Below are positions 45,496 to 52,186 of a DNA stretch of 52,186 nt, piece after piece. The notes beneath the pieces are model-generated. The model made no database searches. It was not told the origin of the DNA and saw only the letters and a program-made list of their open reading frames with translations. A program made the translations under genes and the position numbers. Numbering within the stretch: the stretch's first letter is position 1; every line of letters begins with the position of its first letter. This stretch comes from Armatimonadota bacterium (lineage in GTDB: Bacteria > Armatimonadota > Armatimonadia > Armatimonadales > Armatimonadaceae), in assembly GCA_043754515.1 (NCBI GenBank), contig JAYUUO010000061.1, forward strand, positions 1 through 52,186, written 5' to 3'.

Positions 45496-48400
45496 CTACT
45501 TGATCGGACGCTCGCCGTAATAGAGCAACCCCGGCGCGACCGGGAGACGCGGCATGGGCGGAAGCGGCTCGGCTTGCGTCGCCACCGAACCGGCGAAGTT
45601 TGGGTTCGCACGGAGCGGAACGCCCGCCGAATCGTACGGCGACGACAGGCGCGGGTCATAGATGTAGGTGATGCCGTTCCCGACGCCGTCGCGCATCGCG
45701 GGCACCGGCGACAGAACGCCGTGATACGTCGGCGTAGCGACCGCGACCCCGGAGCCGGTCAGCCCGGTCGAGCCATAGAATCGGGGTATCCAGCCCCACT
45801 TCTGTAGCCACGCGCCCTGATCGCCGATCTCGGCGGGCAGGTTCTCGGTGATCGCCCCGAAGAACGTGATCCGCGCGTCAATCGGCTCCCCATAGAACGG
45901 GTAGCGCGTGTCCGGCGCGTTGGGATCCTCCGGGCGCTTTTTCAGAGCCAGATACTGCCGAAATGTGTCGTTACTCTCTGAGTTAAACCACTGCCCTGGT
46001 ATGACGAAGAACGAGCCTTCCTGCGCATAAACTAACGCCTCAATGCGCACGTCCAGCGGCACCACGCCGAGACGAGCGAGGCGGTAGTTAATAGCCTGAC
46101 TGGCACCGGACGGATCGTATTGCACCTTCAGGCTGTTGGCGATCCCGAACGAAGGGAGCTTGGCCGGTGTCCCCGGCGCGGCGACATACGGGTAACTGTT
46201 TGTAGGGAACAGGTAGTCGCCCGCCGCCCCCGGAGTCGGGTTCAGGCTATATACATCGGACGTGTAATTAGTCGGTTTTGCCGCCGCGCTCGCCCCCAAC
46301 ACGATCGTGCTAGGAGGAGCCAAGAGATTCGGCGTGATCGCTGTGCCCACCAGCGAACTGTTGAGGAACAGATTGACCGCCGTGTTCCCGTTGCCGTCCG
46401 GCGAATGCCGCATCAGAAGTGCCATCGCGTTTGCCGTGGTCAGGTACGGCGGCGTGCTGTTCAGGTCAATGCCACTCCCGGTACCAAACACGTTGCTGAC
46501 AACCGGCAATCCGTTGGCATCGTACGCGGCTACAGGTCCCAACGTCAGTTTCCGGAAGGCTTCGGGAGATGTATTCGACAATATTGTGTCAAACGAACCG
46601 GTTGTCGCGCCCGATTTATCAGAAACATCGTCCACGTTGACGGTCGGCGATAGGAACTGTGTCGTATTAACAGCGGCGTAGTTCTTCGCGAGCACCGCTA
46701 TTGTAGATTTGCCTTTCACCAACAGTAACTCCGGTTTGGCATTCGCTAGCTCCGGCGATATGTTGTCGCGGATGAGGCTACCGTCAAAATACACCGTGCC
46801 GTTCGTCACGACAGTGAGGTGGCGAACGAAGGTCTCCCCCGTCTCGGGATCAAAGCCACCCACGGTGCCCTTGATGCGCACGTTGCCCTCGGCAAATATA
46901 ACCATCTCACCTTCGTAATAACTAACGTTGTTGGCCCCGGCCACGACACGGGTAGCGGGGTAGCCCGCGAATTTTGCCGCAACCAAAGATCCATTATCAA
47001 TACCCGCCGTCGGCGCGGTAGCGAGTGCACCGGCCGCGTCGTACGTATAGCGGTACAACGTGGTCTGCGTGATCGCCTGACCGTCTTTAGGACTTCGCAG
47101 GTACGATAGATCGGCCGTGCCCGAGTCACGGGAGCGTGTAAGCGCGAACCAGCGCGGTGTCAACGTGATCGTCACCGCGGGCGGCTCATAGACACCGTTC
47201 GCGTGCCAGTTCTTGGTGAGAGTCGCCGTGGCCCCGTTGCTACTGTTGGCTCCAGACTGCGTCGGGTTCAGCCACTCGGAACGTTGTGACGTGGTGTTCG
47301 CGACCGCCGAGCCCGAATTAGAGAACGAAGGCAAGTCAACCGCGTTCGCGATGTACAGGTTCTGGCCCCAGCCGTACGCTCCGGCATATCGGGAGTCAAT
47401 CCCGACCGCGACGTTCGTTGCGTTGGCTGCCGTGTCATTGCCCGTCTGCGATACCGGGAGCGGAGCCGAGTCGCGCGTCAGGGAGCGGTAGCGGGTCAGG
47501 CCATTGTCGCCCGTCGCCGCGTCCATCAGCGGCGGTTCGAGGCGCGGCACGGCGCGCAGGTTGCTGTTGCCCGCGTCGGCGGTCAGATCCTGCGTCTCGT
47601 TTCCACGCGGGTTATCGCGCACCAGCCCCGCGAGCGTCGTAAACGACCCCGACAGGGACGGCAGCAGGTTGCCCTGCGCCGGAACCCCGCTCGTCGCGCC
47701 GAGGCCGGACACAGGCGTGGTCGCGGCGGCGGTTACCAACACTTTGGTCGGGTCAAGGCTGGTCGTCGCGCCAAGCCCGTCACCCACCTTATCCAGACGG
47801 ATGCTACCCGACACCTGCACGGCGTCGCCGCGCCGGGGGTCGAGCGACACATAGTTCAGCCCGTAAAATGTCAGGTCGGTATTGGAGCGAATGGCACCCT
47901 GATAAACGTTGTAAATCGGGCGATTGACGATCACCGCCGTCCCGTCGGGGACGCGGTTGCCATTCTTGTCGAATCCGCCGACCTGAGTCCCCGCCGCGCT
48001 GATGCCGCCGTAAAGGAGGTTGGTCGTATCGTCACCGGCCGCTACCGCAGGACGATCCTGCACGGGGTCCGGCGCGCCCAGCGTCGCCGGGGAGCGTCGC
48101 TTGTCCTTGTCGGTGATGAAACGCAGGGATTCGGTCAGACCGAGTGCCTTGTAAGCGACCAGTTCGCGGCGCAGTCCCAGACCTTCCGAGTTGCGAAACG
48201 TAGTCGGGTCGGAGGTATCTACTAGGCCAACGCGCCCGATGGACTCAAGTTGCAGGAAGCGGCGCGTGCGGTCGGCGTCGTTCGGATCAACCCGCTCGGT
48301 CGCGGGCTGGTACGCCCCGTCGCCGTTCTTGTCCTCCCAGAAGTCACCGGTGGTGGGGTCGGTGCGATACGGTCGGTAGGAAACGCGCACCAGTGCCCGC

Positions 48401-48855
48401 CCGCCGAGGTTGGATTGTGAAGCGGTCGGCCCACCGAACGTGACACGCGTGAAGCCACCCTGCCCTGTCGCCGGGTCGTACGGCTTGAGCCAGAAGTAAT
48501 CGGGGTCGTCCGTCGGGATGGCGACGCAGATGGGCACACCCGCAGGACATCCTGGCGTCGGTCGCCAGTCCGCCCCCTCGGGCGAGGTCATCAACTGCTG
48601 GTCGAGGTACTTGATCCCCGCTTCCGAGAACTTATCGGCGGCGGACACCTGAACGCCGCGCCGCGTGTTGCGCAGGTTATTTGCAATCAGGGCGATAAAG
48701 ACACCGCCGAGGAACAGCAGGATGAACAGCACGATAATCGCCACGATGAGCGACTGCCCGCCGCTTTTGCGACGGATGACATCCTGCCGGTGCGCCTGCG
48801 AGCCGCGCCGTTGCGCCGCCCTTGCTATGATTCGTGCGTCCTTATCGGAGAGCAT
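45496..48855 (-). CDS. PilX/GspK-like minor pilin with a very large C-terminal region (1119 aa)
   Basis: Basic leader, then G|QSLIVAIIVLFILL (no Glu5), then SEAGI..L motif typical of the PilX N-terminus. Confidence 0.75.
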   Translation of the reverse strand: MLSDKDARIIARAAQRRGSQAHRQDVIRRKSGGQSLIVAIIVLFILLFLGGVFIALIANNLRNTRRGVQVSAADKFSEAGIKYLDQQLMTSPEGADWRPTPGCPAGVPICVAIPTDDPDYFWLKPYDPATGQGGFTRVTFGGPTASQSNLGGRALVRVSYRPYRTDPTTGDFWEDKNGDGAYQPATERVDPNDADRTRRFLQLESIGRVGLVDTSDPTTFRNSEGLGLRRELVAYKALGLTESLRFITDKDKRRSPATLGAPDPVQDRPAVAAGDDTTNLLYGGISAAGTQVGGFDKNGNRVPDGTAVIVNRPIYNVYQGAIRSNTDLTFYGLNYVSLDPRRGDAVQVSGSIRLDKVGDGLGATTSLDPTKVLVTAAATTPVSGLGATSGVPAQGNLLPSLSGSFTTLAGLVRDNPRGNETQDLTADAGNSNLRAVPRLEPPLMDAATGDNGLTRYRSLTRDSAPLPVSQTGNDTAANATNVAVGIDSRYAGAYGWGQNLYIANAVDLPSFSNSGSAVANTTSQRSEWLNPTQSGANSSNGATATLTKNWHANGVYEPPAVTITLTPRWFALTRSRDSGTADLSYLRSPKDGQAITQTTLYRYTYDAAGALATAPTAGIDNGSLVAAKFAGYPATRVVAGANNVSYYEGEMVIFAEGNVRIKGTVGGFDPETGETFVRHLTVVTNGTVYFDGSLIRDNISPELANAKPELLLVKGKSTIAVLAKNYAAVNTTQFLSPTVNVDDVSDKSGATTGSFDTILSNTSPEAFRKLTLGPVAAYDANGLPVVSNVFGTGSGIDLNSTPPYLTTANAMALLMRHSPDGNGNTAVNLFLNSSLVGTAITPNLLAPPSTIVLGASAAAKPTNYTSDVYSLNPTPGAAGDYLFPTNSYPYVAAPGTPAKLPSFGIANSLKVQYDPSGASQAINYRLARLGVVPLDVRIEALVYAQEGSFFVIPGQWFNSESNDTFRQYLALKKRPEDPNAPDTRYPFYGEPIDARITFFGAITENLPAEIGDQGAWLQKWGWIPRFYGSTGLTGSGVAVATPTYHGVLSPVPAMRDGVGNGITYIYDPRLSSPYDSAGVPLRANPNFAGSVATQAEPLPPMPRLPVAPGLLYYGERPIK

Positions 48856-51100
48856 TGTTAATTACCACCTTATCGGTCACCTGAATGGTCTGCGCGCGGC
48901 CATCGGTCGGGTCGTATATTCGCGCCCCTAAGTTGATGTTGTACTGTTGCCGCGTCACGTAATCCACGCGGAAAAGGTCGGCTTCCGGTCGCGTCGCGCT
49001 CCCGAAGGCGATCACACCCCCCGCCGCGTCCAACGGGTTCCCCCACGTCGCGTCGCCGGTATTCGGGTCGCGGCTGTAGTTGTTCTGCCACAGGTACGTC
49101 CCCGTAACAAAGTTCACGCCGAAATTAACCGACGCCGTCATGCCCGACGGTGCTGAGTTTGACCCGGCGACGGGCGTTCCGGGCGCGTCGAGGGCGATAA
49201 TCTGGGTGTCGTCCGCGTTCGCCGCCGTCGGGTATATGTCGAAGTCGAACGAGTAGTCCGGGTTGCGGTCAATAACCTTCGTGAACTGGGGGGGGACCGC
49301 CACTACGTCAACCATGGACAGCGGTTGCGCGACCCCGCCATTCGTCGCGATGACGCGCGTCCACGAGGTAGGCAATCCACCGTCCGCGATCGGAGCCGTG
49401 ATCCGCTCCGAGCCGGGAATGATGCGCACTCCACGCAGTCTCGCCGACGCCCCGCCCGCGTCACCGAATACGAACAGCGGAGAAGACGGAGCGGGAAGCG
49501 TTACGCCCGCCCCGGCGACAAGTGCCGTTTGTACCGCCTGGTAATTGGCCGCGAAAAGGTCAATACTAAATATGCCAAGGTTGCTCGCCTTACCATTCGC
49601 GCCCGCGCCCGGATCACGCGTATCCTGGCTGAACAGCGTCGGCACTAGCTCGCCGATCTGCGGCGCAAGCCCTGGGATCGCCTTTTCTACCTTGCCGGTG
49701 CTGGAACTCAAATAATACGGGGTACCGACGCCGGTACCGCTCAACTCGCCCATGTAGGGCGGGAACGCGGTCTCAATACGTCCGCGATCCACATCCACGG
49801 CGAACGTCAGGCGCGGCGTCTTGATGAACAACTTATGTGTCGTCGGGCTATAGAACGTGAACAGCTGGCTCGCGGACACCGTGGTTAGTGATCCCGAACT
49901 CTGGAACGGCGCGGCCGCCGAGTCTTGTACACTCACGTTGCCGCTCGCGTCCCGATCCACGGTTAAAGTGGTTTGGCCGAACGGCTCAATCGCCCGCGCG
50001 GTGCCGGAATAGTTCGTCGAGCCGCGCAGGATCACTATCTTGTACGGATACGCCCACGCGGCATACTTAGTCTGATACAGGGTCGGGACGGCGGCGGTCG
50101 TTTCCGTGCCGCCACTGCTCAGAGAGCCGGGGGCCGCGACCTCGCCGGGCATAGAGACCGGGGAGAACGTAGTAGTCGGCGAGAACGGATCATTCGCGTC
50201 CTTCGCCTCGCGATTCGTCTCTGCCCCGGCGCGGTTCCAGCGCAACAGGTCCACATTCTCGGACACCAGCACCGGCTGCGAAATCGCTTGCCAGTTGGCA
50301 CTATAAGAGTTGCCATTAGCGGGGTTGCCGCCCGCATCTTTTTGCGCGGGGTTACTGGTCTTAGTCGCATAGAAGAACGCGGGGTCGTTGAACCCGCCGC
50401 TGTTCACCGCCGTGCTACTGTAGGTCGCCGGATCGGTATCGAACAGGTTCGGGTCCTTCGGGTCGTACTCCGCGCGATACAGGATCACAGGGTTGTTAGT
50501 GCGGGACGACTGCAAGCCGGACGCGAACTCGTATCGGTTGCCGTAAAGTCTCTGGTTCCCAATCGCATCAAGACCGGGGTTGCGCAAACCGAGGAAGTAG
50601 CGAACGACGCGCTTGCCGCGAACCCCGGGTTGTAGCTCCGCGCCGCCGACCGGCTGGCCATTGGTCGGATCAATGATGTCCGCCGGGTTTTCGCGTACCG
50701 CTGCCTGGATCAAATCAATCCGAGCGTACTTGATCGTTGGCCAATCCGTTAAGGCTGGACCGCCAATGTTGATGTTGCCACTCTGCGTCGCCACGCTCTG
50801 GTAGTTCATCGGGATAGCGACGGGAGACAGGCCATTATCGTAGATGTATGTCGCCCGCCCGAGTTCGCGCGAAAGCCGTTCCAGACCGAACCGCGCCGCG
50901 TCTTGCGCCTGCGACACCGCCCGCGCCCGTCGCGTCAGGTTGAACGACGAGATAATCGGCCCGAACAGTAGCCCGAGCAGGATCGTCGTGATCGCTATCA
51001 CGACGAGTAACTCCACCAGCGAGAAGGCGGATCGGTTTACGGGGCGGCTTCGCGCCATAGCCATGCTGTCATCGCGGCTTGAGTTCATGTTTGGTTTCAT
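48842..51100 (-). CDS. Prepilin-type (PilW/GspJ-like) large minor pilin, 752 aa
   Basis: [21 protein letters not shown] and AQDAAR.GLERLSREL; overlaps the start of the next gene. Confidence 0.85.
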   Translation of the reverse strand: MKPNMNSSRDDSMAMARSRPVNRSAFSLVELLVVIAITTILLGLLFGPIISSFNLTRRARAVSQAQDAARFGLERLSRELGRATYIYDNGLSPVAIPMNYQSVATQSGNINIGGPALTDWPTIKYARIDLIQAAVRENPADIIDPTNGQPVGGAELQPGVRGKRVVRYFLGLRNPGLDAIGNQRLYGNRYEFASGLQSSRTNNPVILYRAEYDPKDPNLFDTDPATYSSTAVNSGGFNDPAFFYATKTSNPAQKDAGGNPANGNSYSANWQAISQPVLVSENVDLLRWNRAGAETNREAKDANDPFSPTTTFSPVSMPGEVAAPGSLSSGGTETTAAVPTLYQTKYAAWAYPYKIVILRGSTNYSGTARAIEPFGQTTLTVDRDASGNVSVQDSAAAPFQSSGSLTTVSASQLFTFYSPTTHKLFIKTPRLTFAVDVDRGRIETAFPPYMGELSGTGVGTPYYLSSSTGKVEKAIPGLAPQIGELVPTLFSQDTRDPGAGANGKASNLGIFSIDLFAANYQAVQTALVAGAGVTLPAPSSPLFVFGDAGGASARLRGVRIIPGSERITAPIADGGLPTSWTRVIATNGGVAQPLSMVDVVAVPPQFTKVIDRNPDYSFDFDIYPTAANADDTQIIALDAPGTPVAGSNSAPSGMTASVNFGVNFVTGTYLWQNNYSRDPNTGDATWGNPLDAAGGVIAFGSATRPEADLFRVDYVTRQQYNINLGARIYDPTDGRAQTIQVTDKVVINNALR

Positions 51101-51103
51101 CGT

Positions 51104-52186
51104 CTACTGCGCCTGCCTTGTGATGTATGTTTCCTGATCCGCGAGCCGCCACGGGTTGCGCCCATTTGACTCGTCATGCCAGATGACGCGGGTTTTGAGC
51201 GACGCGCCGTTGATGTCACCGTTCACTCTCCATCCGGCAATGTCGCTTCCGTTGAACTGCTTGTTGGCGAGTTCCGGGAAAACGCTTGATGCCATGGCGT
51301 AGGCGTAGTCACCGTCCGGGTTCATGATCGAGAACTGCCGCGCGGGGAGCCGGGTTGTACCCTTCGCCGTAGTGATGTCGCACGAGGCGGTCACGCCCTT
51401 GTTCAACTCCGAGCGGTGGAAGTAGATACGGTCATCGGTGAAATCGGTCGGCGTGCCCATCGAATCCACCGCGAACGATTCCGCGACAGAGGTAGGAGCA
51501 ATGGTGGTGTTCGGGACCCCCACCGTGATAGGACGGAACTGCGTCGCGTCCAGGTTCAGATGGTACGCCGTCGCCGCCTTCTGGAACGAAACCGCCCAGT
51601 CACCTTGCGCCTTGTACAGGATGCGGACCTTGGAGCCGGCCGGCACCCGCGCCGTGTTGACAAACAGTATGCCCGTCGGATAGGAGCCGCCGCGTCCCGC
51701 CCGATTAACCCAGTAGTCTTTGTCCGAGTCGGTCGTCGCCTGGTTCGCGAGGTCGCCGACAGTCATCAGCTTGGCGGCACCGCCGGAGTCGCTCAGATTA
51801 AAGACCTGTATATCCGGGCTAATAGCGTCCGTGGGAAGCGATGCGGTGTCGGTGTATGTGGGAACCTGCGGATACAGTCCGGGATAATACTGGGTGCGGT
51901 TCGCGCCCGTCTCCGTTAGGTCAACATTACTGTCGCCTTTGACTCGTATGCTGGGAAGACTCGTACGCACCTTGCCGCCTTCCGGTACCGCGCGGTCGTC
52001 GTGCAAGATATGCCAGTCGAGCACCGCGTAAGATGCGAGCGCGGTGAACGGCTTCACACCGCCGGGTGTAGACACCGAGAAGTTCGCGCCCGCCGGGTTG
52101 AACGCGATCACGCCGAGGTTCGCGGTCGGCGAAACATTGTCCGAGACCAGTTTGTACTGGTAGGGGTCCTGGGGGTCCCAGTTGTT
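51104..52186 (-). CDS. 3' part of an upstream pilus-cluster gene (start lies outside the window)
   Basis: The frame is open from the window end (NNWDPQDPYQYKL...) to the stop at 51104, 3 nt before the next ATG. Confidence 0.8.
   Translation of the reverse strand, partial: NNWDPQDPYQYKLVSDNVSPTANLGVIAFNPAGANFSVSTPGGVKPFTALASYAVLDWHILHDDRAVPEGGKVRTSLPSIRVKGDSNVDLTETGANRTQYYPGLYPQVPTYTDTASLPTDAISPDIQVFNLSDSGGAAKLMTVGDLANQATTDSDKDYWVNRAGRGGSYPTGILFVNTARVPAGSKVRILYKAQGDWAVSFQKAATAYHLNLDATQFRPITVGVPNTTIAPTSVAESFAVDSMGTPTDFTDDRIYFHRSELNKGVTASCDITTAKGTTRLPARQFSIMNPDGDYAYAMASSVFPELANKQFNGSDIAGWRVNGDINGASLKTRVIWHDESNGRNPWRLADQETYITRQAQ

Overview
High-GC bacterial chromosome segment, most likely Armatimonadota (inferred from the DUF1559/H-X9-DG prepilin gene and the giant pilin cluster; not confirmed). 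The first 14.3 kb hold a complete type I CRISPR-Cas locus on the minus strand: cas6-cas5-cas8(+probable internal cas11)-cas7-cas3-cas4-cas1-cas2, a leader, and a 71-repeat/70-spacer array with a 30-nt repeat (CCTCTAATCGAACCAGTGTGGGATGGAAAC as transcribed). The locus has several unusual traits: a lower-GC I-PGING-like interference block inside high-GC I-B-like cas6 and adaptation genes; an 85-aa acidic insert in Cas1; repeat-like fragments stacked in the cas6 5' region; a near-duplicate spacer pair differing in the seed; and a truncated toxin-antitoxin-like gene pair at the array trailer. The middle (14.3-29.7 kb) is mostly housekeeping and regulatory: REC-TrxB fusion, cNMP histidine kinase, lnt-like, topA, aldo/keto reductase, gpsA, Uma2, pgl, ubiA-like, cbiX-like, plus two probable pseudogenes. 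The last 22.4 kb is a minus-strand operon of oversized type IV pilin-like proteins and two huge secreted beta-propeller proteins (about 1660 and 3530 aa). All family calls come from motif recognition by eye; no database searches were run.
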